Assembly: GCA_951406725.2 (NCBI GenBank)
Contig: OX597842.1
Span: 4,278,001-4,342,000 of the forward strand
Reading direction: 5' to 3'
Source of the DNA: Octopus vulgaris
Lineage: Eukaryota
Length of the DNA stretch: 64,000 bases
The position numbers and the translations under genes were made by a program. How positions within the stretch are numbered: the stretch's first letter is position 1; every line of letters begins with the position of its first letter. Shown here piece after piece: positions 1 to 12,361 of the stretch. The notes below the pieces were generated by a model, which was not told the origin of the DNA, ran no database searches, and saw nothing but the letters and a program-made list of their open reading frames with translations.

Positions 1-199
1 TCGACGTACATCCTCGAAAGACACACACAAATACACACAAGTATCTGTTTATACTCAAGATACTTTACAAAATGTCGAGTGTCTCTTTGTTTCTTTGCCA
101 TCTTTAGATTTCCCTTCCTTTTATATCTGTCTTTGCCACCAGATTAATCTTACCTTCTTTCCAATCACACACACACATGTATGCATCTATTTATCTATC

Positions 200-270
<71 letters not shown>

Positions 271-612
271 ATATGCACACAAACGCAAACACACACACGA
301 TAGAGCGAGAGTATCTGTTTATAAGTATAACTGTAATTCCGCCATTATGGACGCTGACTATTTGTGCAGCCATTTTGGCTGGTCGTTCTTTGTACATTCG
401 TGAATGCCGAAAGGCGAAAAGAGAAGATAGGGTTGTTTTTTTTTTCCTCCACTGCTGTCAGGTCTTTTTTAACAACCGTCTGTAATTAGGACACTACGAT
501 GACCGACCTCAAGAATAATGAAAATGGCATTCTACCTTCGTTGGGTTCCCTAAACAACTACTTCAGAGAATTGGCCTTTTCACTTCCTTCTCTCTCAGAT
601 ACAAAAAGTGAA

Positions 613-661
<49 letters not shown>

Positions 662-773
662 TGCAGACAATCACAAAAATAGACAACACTCATTATAACC
701 TTGTGTGTATGTATGTATCCATATATAGATGGATGGGTAGATAGATAGATATGCGTATGTGCTAAATGTATGT

Positions 774-816
<43 letters not shown>

Positions 817-1367
817 CACAGGTTCTGGGTTTTAGTTCATTACCATTCTATATTCTAAATCCATGTTTGTGTTCCCAATTATTCTGTTTTTTGGCGTGGG
901 CGAATTATGTACAAGAATTATATACACAATTATATACAAGAGCAAGTATGATTAATGGTCATAACTCAGTTTTCTTTATTGTAGTATATTTGTCTTGCAC
1001 CTGTTTCCAGTCGCCATTTTAGATTCATTATTGATAGGTTTACTCAAAGGGCCCGTTGATCGATTGTGAAAAATTGACCGATATTTATGTATATATGCAT
1101 GTGTATATAAATTATATGAGTGTGTGAGTGTGTATTATAATGAGATTTTATAAGGTATGTGTGTATAGAAACTGAGGTGTCTATTTACTTTTGAGATGTA
1201 TGTGTATAAGCACGCCCACGCGCATGTGTGTGCTCTACAATTTGAACCCGAAATCATGTGGTTATGAAGCGAACTTATTCCTCACACTGCTATGCCTTAG
1301 AGATTGTCTGCGTCAGATATATATTTATACTAGCAAAATATAATATATAATGTGTGCAAAAAAAATC

Positions 1368-1399
1368 TCTCCTGACGAAGTATACTTGTCCGAAACGTC
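1368..1399 (+). ncRNA. Degenerate minimal hammerhead ribozyme motif
   Basis: CTGACGA (1372-1378) ... GAAAC-GTC (1392-1399); stem I does not pair. A related decayed copy is at ~2158-2186 (CTGACAA..TGTCCGAAACATT). Confidence 0.4.
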
Positions 1400-1769
1400 T
1401 CTCTGCAGCTAGCTGTGTGTGTTCTCATTTCAGTAATTTTATTGTAGCCATTCTGGAGCAACTCCTTAAAAGGTTTCGTTGAGCAAATCGTCCCCAGGAC
1501 TTATTTTCAAGTTTGGTGCTTATACCATCGCTATCTTTTTGCCGATCCGTAAATTATTTGGACATGAACAAACAACAGCAGCAAAACACACAATCAGTCC
1601 TTTGCTTCTCTGTCTTTCACCTGTAGATGCACAGGAATTTCAAGCAAGTTATGACTCTCTCTCTCTCTCTCTCCCTCCCTCTCTCATGTATGTATGAAAT
1701 GCCTGTCTACGTATGTATCTAATGTACTATGTTTTTATAGAGTATCATATATACCACGCATCTGTATTC

Positions 1770-1806
1770 CTAATTATGCCTTCTCTTTTTCTCTTTCCAG
1801 GTAAGT
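1770..1806 (+). promoter_or_regulatory. Candidate recursive splice site (3' acceptor immediately followed by 5' donor)
   Basis: CTAAT branch-point motif at 1770-1774, pure pyrimidine tract CCTTCTCTTTTTCTCTTTCC, AG at 1799-1800, then GTAAGT at 1801-1806. Confidence 0.6.
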
Positions 1807-2244
1807 GAATTCATCTCAATTTACACAAATATGTATACATATATATTTGGTGTAGTTTGGTTTAATGGTATCACAACCGTCCAAGAAACAGTGAATATTG
1901 TCGTTCGAATCCTGCCGGTAGATATAAACATTTTTCTTCCTGTCGAAGGCTTACTTTGTAAACTGATAATATACATCAATTTTGGCGTTCGAATGGTATA
2001 TCGAATGCGAAAGTCAGAAATCGAACACGTAAACACAACCCACGTGCATCTTTTCCTTGCTCTTTTCTCTCATTCCTATCTTCCTTTCTTTTTTTCCTTG
2101 CTCTTTTCTCTCATTCCTATCTTCCTTTCTTTTCTCTCCTTGTCTCTTCTAAGTCTTTTCTGACAAAAGACTGTCCGAAACATTTTAGCCAATAACTTCC
2201 ATCCTACTTTGTAACTTGTTACTTTTTGGGGAAGTCAAGCTAAT

Positions 2245-2461
2245 AATCCTTTCTACTGGAGGCACAAGGCCTTAAATTTGTGAGGAGGAGACTAGTCGAT
2301 TACATCGACCCCAGTGTTTCACTGGTACTTAATTTATCAACCCCGAAAGGATGAAGGGCTAAGCCGACTTCGGCGGAATTTGAGCTCAGAGCGTATCGAC
2401 GAGTGAAATACTACTAAGCATTTCGTCCAGCGCGCTAACAATTTTACCGGGTTTGCCGCCT
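2245..2461 (-). mobile_element. tRNA-derived SINE, family B
   Basis: Reverse complement of the family-B consensus (GGCGG..AAATGCTTAG..CTGAGTTCAAATTCCGCCGAGGTCGACTTTGCCTTTCATCCTTTCGGGGTCGATAAA) seen at 8518 and 62672. Confidence 0.85.
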
Positions 2462-2620
2462 TTAGTCAGGCTAATAATAATAACAGTATCCCTTGGAATT
2501 CGTTGTTGCTTTTCTTTATAGATATATATATATATATCTTTTTTGTCTTAATAGCGGTCAATAACACAGTAATTTTCCTTTGTATAACGATAATTTTTCA
2601 TAGCGTTTTTCCGATGGCCG

Positions 2621-2681
2621 GATAGCTGAAGAGATAGCGGCGTGGATTTCTACCTTAGCATCCGAAACTCGGAGTTTTATC
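2621..2681 (+). ncRNA. Type-I minimal hammerhead ribozyme motif
   Basis: Stem I GATAG/TTATC, core CTGAAGA (2626-2632), stem II GAT(A)GC/GCATC, GAAAC-TCGGA-GTT with near-palindromic stem III. Confidence 0.7.
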
Positions 2682-2716
2682 TTGGCTACCGAATAATTGT
2701 CACATATTACATTTAC

Positions 2717-2792
<76 letters not shown>

Positions 2793-2965
2793 CTATTCAT
2801 AACAACATATATATGGACTAAGCCCGTTGACAAGCCCCTGACATTTAAAATAAAGTGTTAACCCTTTACGGTATGCAAATTAATAGCCCCAGTTTTGTTG
2901 TACCTACTGAGTATATAAACAGACTGGCTGCTTGTTTCTCTGGTATTGTTCAAATTGGTGTAGTC

Positions 2966-3007
2966 GCCTCTGATGAGGGTCCAATAAGATTCGAAAATCG
3001 ATTGAGG
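2966..3007 (+). ncRNA. Minimal hammerhead ribozyme motif (cleavage position apparently mutated)
   Basis: CCT-CTGATGA-GGGTC caataa GATTC-GAAA-ATCGATT-G-AGG; palindromic stem III AATCGATT; position 17 is G. Confidence 0.55.
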
Positions 3008-3409
3008 TTGTTCAGCATTTTCTCACTCTGCGGAGAAACAGTTCAAACAGGCGTGTTTATAAAGTATATCGGTTATGGCAGGTGTGCTCGGTAGGTGAGT
3101 CAGTGAATGGTCAAAACAAAATGAATGCAATATGTACAGTTAGAAGAGGAGGGGGCGGGTACTTTAAGAGTCAGGGGATGAGAACTGGTATTGTGTACAA
3201 GGGACACTAGAACCCTTTTGCCATGTATGTGTGAAGTGAACGGTGTAGGGGGTGCAGTTTGTGCCCTACATCGTGTCTAAATGATAGAATGATACCGTGC
3301 GCCCTCTGGACTTCCTCTCACAGACTGTGTCTTTGTGTCTTTAAAATATGTATGTACGTGAACGTGTGTAGAAGAGTGTGGAAGTATAAGCAACCTGCGT
3401 AGCTCTTGG

Positions 3410-3447
<38 letters not shown>

Positions 3448-3892
3448 GGCGGTGCCCCAGCATGGCCACAGCTCGTGAGCTGAAACTAGATAAAATAATA
3501 TATATATATATATATATATATGTACGTGTGTAGCGTATGATATGTTTGAAATATGCGTATGTATGTGTGTGTATAATGCACGTGGCTTAGTGGTTAGGGT
3601 ATTCTGTTGACGATTGTGCATAGATATTTGTGTGCGTGTGTGTGTGTAAATGAATGACAAAAAGCAGGATTTGCGTAATCATTTTCATTGACTTTCAGCT
3701 GTTTCTACCATAAGAAGAATTACACTCAGAACTGAACGTTCTCCCAAAACGTTCTTCGGGACCTTTTAATTCATGCGTATTTAAATGCACTCCTAAACAC
3801 ATGTATGTGGGCGTCTCAAGTTCTCTACATGTATTGTTACACACACTAAGCACATACAGTGCACTCAATACGCATAGACAGGGGCACATTAT

Positions 3893-4121
3893 ATACTCTT
3901 TTACTCTTTACTCTTTTACTTGTTTCAGTCATTTGACTGCGGCCATGCTGGAGCACCGCCTTTAGTCGAGCAAATCGACCCCGGGACTTATTCTTTTGTA
4001 AGCCCAGTACTTATTCTATCGGTCTCTTTTGCCGAACCGCTAAGTGACGGGGACATAAACAAACCAGCATCGGTTGTCAAGCAATGCTAGGGGGACAGAC
4101 ACAGACACACAAACATACATG

Positions 4122-4180
<59 letters not shown>

Positions 4181-4336
4181 CGGGCTTCTTTCAGTTTCCG
4201 TCTACCAAATCCACTCACAAGGCTTTGGTCGGCCCGAGGCTATAGTAGAAGACACTTGCCCAAGGTGCCACGCAATGGTACTGAACCCGGAACCATGTGG
4301 TTGGTAGGCAAGCTACTTACCACACAGCCACTCCTG

Positions 4337-4337
<1 letters not shown>
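3893..4337 (-). mobile_element. tRNA-derived SINE, family A, full length
   Basis: Reverse complement of GGAGTGGCTGTGTGGTAAGTAGCTTGC..GGTTCCGGGTTCAGT..CCTTGGGCAAGTGTCTTCT, internal (TA)n/(TG)n and (GTAAAAGA)n tail; near-identical to 47217-47625. Confidence 0.92.
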
Positions 4338-4381
<44 letters not shown>

Positions 4382-4466
4382 GGGGGGGGGAGAATTCACA
4401 AAAACAAAAGACAGGTGGTGTAGACAGTACACAGATGTATTAGTTTAACGCTCGGGAAGTGATAAA

Positions 4467-4505
4467 GTCTTTAACGTTTCGAGCCTACGCTCTTCCACAG
4501 AAAGG
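4467..4505 (-). ncRNA. Variant-core minimal hammerhead-like motif in a short repeat family
   Basis: Minus strand CTTT-CTGTGGA-A-GAGC gtag GCTC-GAAACGTT-AAAG; a second copy is at ~38736-38766 and another part of the element is at ~39852-39926. Confidence 0.5.
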
Positions 4506-5199
4506 GACACAGGAGAGAAAATAAAGAATGTGTAGTGGCTAACGATCTATCATAGCGAATATATAACTATAACCAGTTTAGTATGAGCAAGAGGCAGACA
4601 TGTGATTACTCAATACTCAAAATGGAGTGAAATATTTTCTCATTAGAAGCCGAAATTTCACTAATCGTTAGCTGGGCTTTCTCCCTCCGATTTTCGGACG
4701 ATTTGTGAAAAATGGAACATAACACATTGTAAACAATACTGTAGTGGTGTTTTGAGTTCAATAACAGCAATGATTGCTTTAAAGGCAAATAACAGATTAT
4801 GACTGGTTTACACAAATACACATATGCACACTTATTTGCAGCCACCACAACCACTGAACAACCACTGTCTTCGTCTACAACCACCACCAGTACCACCCCC
4901 ATCAACATCAGTTATAATAAGAACCACAACGTCACCGTCATCAAGAACAAAAGCGATTAACAATTCATCAACAAACCCCAAGACCACGACAACCGCCACT
5001 TAAGCCACCATTTTAACAACCCACCACGACCACCACCACCATCGCTACCTTCACCACGACCACCACTACTAATACAGCCACGACCAACACCACTGCACCA
5101 ATACCACTGTCCACTATAATGCTTAATTACGACATCTAAATTTTAACAACTATTTTCTATTTGATCTTCCAGTCTGTCTGTTTGTCTTCTATGTCTGGT

Positions 5200-5256
<57 letters not shown>

Positions 5257-5554
5257 ACATATATATATGTATACATATATGTATGAACTCACACACACAC
5301 ATATACATGATACACACTCGCATGTATATATGTGTGTGTTTATTATATATACTCCACGTTATAGATATATATTATGTATATTTATTATGTGTGTGTGAGA
5401 GAGAGAGAGACTTGCTAAATGGCAATCAGTCTCAGATAAATTGGTTCAAAATGAAAGGGAATTCTATTTGCTGTCTTCTGTTTGTTGTGCGTCGGATAAA
5501 TCGAGACAGATGAAATTATCTAAAGGATGTCTGTGTGTGCGCATGCATATGTGC

Positions 5555-5598
<44 letters not shown>

Positions 5599-5889
5599 GC
5601 ACTTGTTAACACGTATGTGTGTATATATATACACACACACACATATATATATATATATGGATATTTATATACGCACGTGTTACCAGGTGTGTGTATATTC
5701 CTGTGTGAGCAAGCGGAGATTATCGATTTAAAGAAAGCAGGCATTTGCTTAAAGCACCAGGCGGAACGAGACCCTTGGTTTCCCCTCACCGCTCGGTGTC
5801 GGATTTACGAACATCCAACAAATAGAAAGTTCACAGTTTGAAAAAGAAAAGCACGAACATATGGAATTTTAATAATAATAATAATAATG

Positions 5890-6221
5890 AATTATTTTTA
5901 TTGGCCAGAAGGGCTGACAAATATGATTGGAAAACATAAAGGGACAAAATAGGACGAAAGGTTACAAAAGATTTTGTCCGTTTGTGAAAAAAAAAACCGA
6001 GTAAAAAGCAGTTTAACAACGAAAAACTCCCAATAGAGACGCTTCGAAAAAAGAAAAGGTCTCACGTGGAAAAACCCATAAAAGCCACTAGATCCTGGTC
6101 AAAAGGGGGATAGAGAGCCCCTTTCTCCTTTTATAATACCATTTTCAATTACAGGCGAAACCTCAGAATTGGTCCATTTATACTGGCCATTCTTGCACAA
6201 TTCACCCACCTTTCAGAAAAC
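5890..6221 (-). mobile_element. Tx1/L1-like LINE 3' end (ORF2 C-terminus plus 3' UTR)
   Basis: Minus-strand translation FSERWVNCARMASINGPILRFRL* resembles the 15095 fragment (FIERWLKVAKMARV) and the end of the 22595 ORF. Confidence 0.55.
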
Positions 6222-6357
6222 TTGCTAATAATGATAATAGTTTCAGTTTTAGGGGAAGGAGTTTTACTTTATCAGATCGTTAAAGTTGAAAGGCAAAGTT
6301 CTCTTCACTCAGATTTGAACTCAAAACGTATACATGCGAAATATCGCAAGGCATTTT

Positions 6358-6400
<43 letters not shown>

Positions 6401-6573
6401 CCTTCTCTAGTATTGGCACAAGTCCTGATTTATTGGTGGGGGATAATTGATTATATCGATCGCCAGTGCTCAACTGGTACTTAGTTCACCGACCCTGAAA
6501 GTGGGTTAAACCCCGGGCGAAATGCTGCTAAGCATTTTGTCTGTTGTTCTAACAACTCTGTCCTCTCGCTGCT

Positions 6574-6608
<35 letters not shown>

Positions 6609-7222
6609 TCTTTTCTAGTATTGGAACATACCCTGAAATATCTAATGACTGAAACAAGTACAAGATAAAGATATCTAAATAATCTTAAATATTGTAAGAA
6701 TTTAAACAAATCATAAAACTGTCTTTGAAAGTGTCTGGCGATACTAAATCCAAAAGACATCACCAAGTTTTATGAATTACGTCTTTAACAGAAATGACGT
6801 TTATTTTTGACGAAATTCATCTTCAAATCCCAATTATTCCAGGTGTCAGGAATTCCCTACTTTAGTGAATACATCGAGCGTGTATTTCTGAATTAAGAAT
6901 GTTGAATTCAGCAGGAAAAATGACTGTAAAATTCTGTTGCATATAATTGCTCAGTGTAATCAGAGTATCTCGCAGAATCTTAGGGTTTCAGGAAGTTCCC
7001 TTTTGGGGAACATTGTGTTGAGTGTTGCGGTCTTAAGTTCCATAGTTATGGGCTTTATTTGAAGAATGAAGACCTGGTGAAAATATTAAATATATATGTG
7101 TAGTTATATGAACGCAGTTCGCTTCGCTATCATGTAATTTTGGGTTCAGGCCTACTGGGGGCAATCTGTGAGCGTATTTGATTAGAGGAAATAATACAAA
7201 AGTCGATTATATAAAGGTAATT

Positions 7223-7267
7223 GGTGTACGTGCATATTTCAGGAGTTTATGCTCCCTCTTCAGCACC
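7223..7267 (-). ncRNA. Type-I minimal hammerhead ribozyme motif
   Basis: Minus strand GGTG-CTGAAGA-GGGAG cataaa CTCCT-GAAA-TATGCAC-GTA-CACC; stems I and II pair fully. Confidence 0.7.
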
Positions 7268-8334
7268 CATCAAACCCTTAAACCCTCCTCGAACACATTG
7301 CTTAAATAGTAACCAAATTTAACAGATTAACGCAATTGGCTGTACCAATTTTACATATTAAACACATTCCTGCCATCTGGTAGGTACATAAAATTGTTGG
7401 TCGGGGCAGTGCATTTTGTTATGCCACCAAGTATATTGAAGTCAATACCGTGTCCTACCTGTGTTAGCAGTGCAAATCAAATCACGTTTTTTAAGGATTT
7501 TTTCTATTGATTTGCTTCAGGAATTAGAGCCAGCACTGAAAGTTACGCCGTTACGTATACGAATACGTTTATGTAAATAATTCAGTCGAAGATAGAAATA
7601 TATGTAAGGGGTGTATATGAATACTTCATAACTTATTACTCCATTGCTTAAACAGCCTCCAAATTTAGCTGTGTAACACACACAACTGCGTATACCAATT
7701 GTACATTTTAAACTCGTTATGCACTTTAGAGAATGTATAATGGAGTCCAATTTAGGCACAAGACCCTATATTTTGAGAGGGGTTGCTAGTCGATTCCATG
7801 GACCCAAATATATATGTATATTATCGACCTGAAAGAATACAAAGCTAAGTCGACTTTGACAGAATTTGAATTCAAAAGGTTAATGCGCCGGAGCAGATAA
7901 CACCTGATATTCCGCTCGCTCCTACCTCTAATTTGAGATGGAATAATTATAGTTTCAAATGTCAAGAAAGTCGATTTTTCTGGAAATGGAAATTAATAAA
8001 TTAAATCAACTTTAAAAGGTAAACTGATACGAAACAATTTAAATATAAACGAAGTAAATTGTTGAAACGTAAAAGAAAGAAATAGAAAATCAGAGCGAAT
8101 CTGATAGTTGGTTTGTGAATAACTTTAAAAACACGTCATACATACGTAGTGACATCGGAATAGTTATATTATTATAGACAGAAGAACCCAATATTACAAT
8201 ATATACACACACACACATATAAATGTGTGTGTGTGTGCGTGCGCATCTATAACTGTGTATGTGTCTGTGTGTGGATACCGATATTTATTAACGATTTCAA
8301 ATTTTCCTAGAATGCCAGTAGTATCCGGAGGCGG

Positions 8335-8497
8335 GGTAAGTCGATTACATCGACCCCAGTGTTCTTATTTTATCGACCTCGAGAGGATGAAAAGCAAAGT
8401 CGACTTCGGCGGAATTTGAACTCAAACCACAAAGACGGACGAAATGCCGCCAAGCATTTTTCCCGGCGTGCTAACGATTCTGCCAACTCGCCGCCTT
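8335..8497 (-). mobile_element. tRNA-derived SINE, family B
   Basis: Reverse-complement copy lying head-to-head with the copy at 8518. Confidence 0.88.
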
Positions 8498-8517
8498 AAC
8501 GATATTTATTATCCCCA

Positions 8518-8753
8518 AGGCGGCGAGCTGGCAGAACCGTTAACACGCTGGGCAAAATGCTTAGCAGTATTTCGTCTGCCGCTACGTTCTGAGTTCAAAT
8601 TCCGCCGAGGTCGACTTTGCCTTTCATCCTTTCGGGGTCGATAAATTAAGTACCAGTTACACACTGGGGTCGATATAATCGACTTAATTCGTTTGTATGT
8701 CCTTGTTTGTCCTCTCTGTGTTTAGCCCCTTGTGGGTAATAAAGAAACAGATA
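8518..8753 (+). mobile_element. tRNA-derived SINE, family B, full length
   Basis: GGCGGCGAGCTGGCAGAA (A-box-like) ... GAGTTCAAATTCC (B box) ... GCCTTTCATCCTTTCGGGGTCGATAAA ... GCCCCTTGTGGGTAATAAAGAAA tail. Confidence 0.9.
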
Positions 8754-9039
8754 TTTATTATTCCCATTCTAAAAAACAATGCACGAATTGTGTGTATCTG
8801 TTTGATATAATTAAAATCGTTTCACCCTCGTCTTACGCTAATTCACTGTATAAGCGAGCTCACATCTGTCTAATTTACGTAGACCCTCTTACGTCAATAA
8901 ACTTGAATACCCCCAATTTATGCAAATTGCCACCCTGTTACGGTCCTACACAATTATCATTCATTCTCATATGTTGGTGCACAAATGTATAAAATGTTTA
9001 ATGTTTCTGCGTGTATATAATATATATACGTATGTATTT

Positions 9040-9330
9040 ATTCTCTTACTTGTTTCAGTCATTCGACCCCAGGACTTATTCTTTGTAAGCCTAGTACTTA
9101 TTCAATCGGTCCCTTTTGCCGAATTGCTAAGGTACGGGGACGTAAACACACCAAATTCGGTGGGGGAACAAACACAGACGCACACAAATATATACACACA
9201 CACATATTCAACGGGCTTCTTTCAGTTTCCTCTACCAAATCCACTCACAAAGCTATAGTCCGAAGCTATAGTAGAAGATACTTGCCCAAGGTGCCACGCA
9301 GTGGGACTGAACCCGGAACCATGTGGTTGG
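9040..9330 (-). mobile_element. SINE family A, internally deleted
   Basis: Matches family A in reverse with deletions. Confidence 0.8.
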
Positions 9331-9354
9331 GATGGGAGTTTCTTATGCCATGCT

Positions 9355-9409
<55 letters not shown>

Positions 9410-9854
9410 GACTGTATTTATGAGATTAAGAGACAGGCCAAATCGTTCATCAGTGAAATCCCATCTGTCCACCATTAACCTCACAACCGATGAGCAACAG
9501 AAGCGGATCAATAGCGCCATCTATATCCCTTCACACACATCAACCTCACAACAGCAACGACTCTTGTCTTTTTCTTTCTTTTCCCATACTTTCGTTCTCT
9601 TCTTTTTTTTATTCCATCTTTTTCTTTCTTCTGATTCCTTTCGTTTCCTGTTACCTCCTACCTCTACCTTTGCTAACATCTCCTCCTCCACCTCCTTCCG
9701 ATTCTTCTCCTTCTTCTTCAGCCTCTTTTTCCTTTCATCTTTCCCTTCTTTCCTTTACTCATCTTCAACCTCTTACACCGTTTTTATTTCCTCTTCCCTT
9801 CTTTGTCTCGTCCTCTTCATTCCTCTGTTTCCCTTTATCTATCCGTCTCCCCCC

Positions 9855-9890
<36 letters not shown>

Positions 9891-9984
9891 CTCTGCTTAT
9901 CTCTTTTCTTCTCCCTTCTTCGTCATTTTCACTCTTGTGCCTGTTGTAATCGTTCTCTTCCTCCGCTTCTTTTATTATTATTAT

Positions 9985-10021
9985 TAGTAGTAGTAGTAGC
10001 AGTAGTAGTAGTAGTAGTAGC

Positions 10022-10069
<48 letters not shown>

Positions 10070-10200
10070 GGTGGTGGTGGTGGTGGTGGTGGTGGTGGTA
10101 GTAGTAGTAGTAGTTGTAGTAGCAGCGGTGGTGGTTGTAGTAGTAGTGGTAGTAGTAGTAGTAGTAGTAGTAGTAGTTGTTGTGGTAGTAGTAGTAGTAG
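9985..10200. repeat. (GTA)n/(GTG)n trinucleotide tract
   Basis: Source of the poly-Val/Thr/Leu pseudo-ORFs, including 9420..10403. Confidence 0.95.
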
Positions 10201-11830
10201 CAATGCTGTTGTGGTTGTTATTTTTCTTCATCCTTTCCCATCGTGCTTCTGTTCCCTTTCTACCTCCTCCTCCTCCTCCTCTTCCACTCGCCCCCGTTGT
10301 CTTAATTACAGTATTCCTGCCCCCTTCTTATTCCATATTTCTAGATTGTTCCGGTTGTGTTGGGCAGGTGCAAGGGCTGAACTACAGTAAGATGTCTGTG
10401 TAATAATGGTTAAAAGACGATAGGAAACGTGCCGCAGCTACTGGTTGGGGTGGTGGTGGTGGTGGCGAGTTTTAAGGGCTGCAGTTCACCGCTTGGTGCG
10501 TAATAATAGCAAAGGCAGTAGTGGCCTTCATTGTGGTGGTGGTGGTGGTGTTGATGCTGGTGATGTGATGGTGTCGGTTGTAGTGGCACTTGTGCTTAGA
10601 GCTGGTGAGGTTTAAGGTCTACAGAACACATCTTGGTGATAGTAAAATGGCGGCGGCGGCGGCGGTAGTTGTTATGGTGATGACGGTGGAGTCGGTAATG
10701 TTAGCGATGAGTCTGAAGCAAATATCTTCTAGACAGACGGACGTGACGGTGGCATCGCAGACAAAGATGGCTGGAGATAAGATGGGATTTATCCTTGGAA
10801 GAGGCAGCAGTGGCAGCGACGGAGTAATAGTGGTGGGGTTGGCGTCGCAGTCCTGTTATGATGGTGGGTTGGGGATATTTGTTGATGGCGGCGGTGCGAG
10901 AGAATCTCTGTCCGTTTTGTTGCCAATTATATTACAGTTTGTTCCCCTGCTTCAGTTGTTGCTTCAAAATTGATTGCGGTTCTTGCCTGTTTCTGTCTTG
11001 GAAATTGTTTCGTTGGACTCGGTGAGGGGGGGGGGGGGTCGCAGGAGGGAGAAGAGTAGCAGGGGATGCGTGCGATTAAGACGGTGGGGCTGGTGGTGGA
11101 GGGAGATTCTTAGAACTCTCGAAACCCCCAACCCTTTCCTCCGCTCGTCTTATCCCTAAATAAATAAATAAATTGTAAATAAATTAGGGGGTCGGTGCTG
11201 TCGATGTAGGAACGGTGATGAGCAAGGGGACGCGGAGGAATGGGAAAAACGGGTAAGGGGTTAGGGTTCGAGAGCAGCTGTAGCAGCGGCGTGTATGTAA
11301 AGGAATCAGACATTGGAAGGGGTCGGTGGATGGTGATGGTCGTGGTCGTGTTGATGTTGATAGTGGTTGTGGGATTTGTGTGGAGGAGGGTTGACGTTGA
11401 TGGTTGTAATGGTGGTGGTGGTGGTGGTGGTGTTGGTGGTGGTGGTGGTGGTGGTGGTGGTGGTACAGAGTGTTTCAAAGGAATTGTAGTTAAAATTCCC
11501 GTCTGTTGCTGAATCGTCTGGTGGCGGCGTCGGCGGTGGTGAAACCAACAGTAGTAATAACAGCGGCGGAGACGTGATTATTCATTGGGTTCTGGGTAAG
11601 GGCAGGTTAGGTAGGGGCCTGGAGTGTCAGGACGGACCATGTGATGGAATTTCGGTTATGTATATTATTAAGAGCAAAGGAATTTTAATTCATCATCTCC
11701 GTTTATCTCTGTCGAGTTTTCCGTCTTTATTGCCCTCAACACGTGTTTTGGAGACCCTTTTTTATGTAATCTGTCCTGTTAATGTTTCTTTCATTAATTA
11801 CCCTTGTGACCGATATCAGAAATCACTGCT

Positions 11831-11848
11831 GGCGCCCTCTAGAGGGCG
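11831..11848. promoter_or_regulatory. Palindromic CTCF-like motif
   Basis: CGCCCTCTAGAGGGCG is a perfect 16-bp palindrome; the minus strand reads CCTCTAGAGGGCGCC versus the CTCF core CCASYAGRKGGCRS. Confidence 0.4.
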
Positions 11849-12297
11849 ATATGACCCTATTCTGTAGAATTGTATAACGGGAGTGGAATTGGCAGAGTTA
11901 TTAGAGCGTCTGGAGAAATGTGTTGCGACATTTCTTTGCGTTTTCGGTTCAAATCCCGCCGAAGGTGATTTTGCTTTTCATCCTTTTGGGTCGATACAAT
12001 GAAATAGTTATCAATTCCTAGGATCGGTTTAAAACCGACAATAATGACGAATACCAGAAATCTCCATTGTCACCCTCTTAAGAGTATTGTGACCCCACTC
12101 AGCAGAATTGTATACAGGAGTTCAATTGGTAGAGATGCAGGGGCTCCCATTTCTTTTATAAAGGGACCCCTTTGATTCCTATTTTACTCGGATGGACTCC
12201 ACCGAGTACAAGCTCAGCTGAGCCTCCCGTACTGGACAGATCAAAGGATAAGAACCAAAGTAATGTGGACCATTTCTACCCTCGTGGAGGCGCGTGG

Positions 12298-12361
<64 letters not shown>

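Noticed and set aside
9445-9455. Isolated CTGATGA boxes (here on the minus strand; also ~23579, ~27349, ~29416)
   Set aside because: No GAAA/stem III/stem I partner at a suitable distance, so not counted as hammerheads.
9420-10403. 327-aa ORF with a long hydrophobic run
   Set aside because: It is a translation of a CT-rich tract and (GTA/GTG)n microsatellite, with no domain or splice context.
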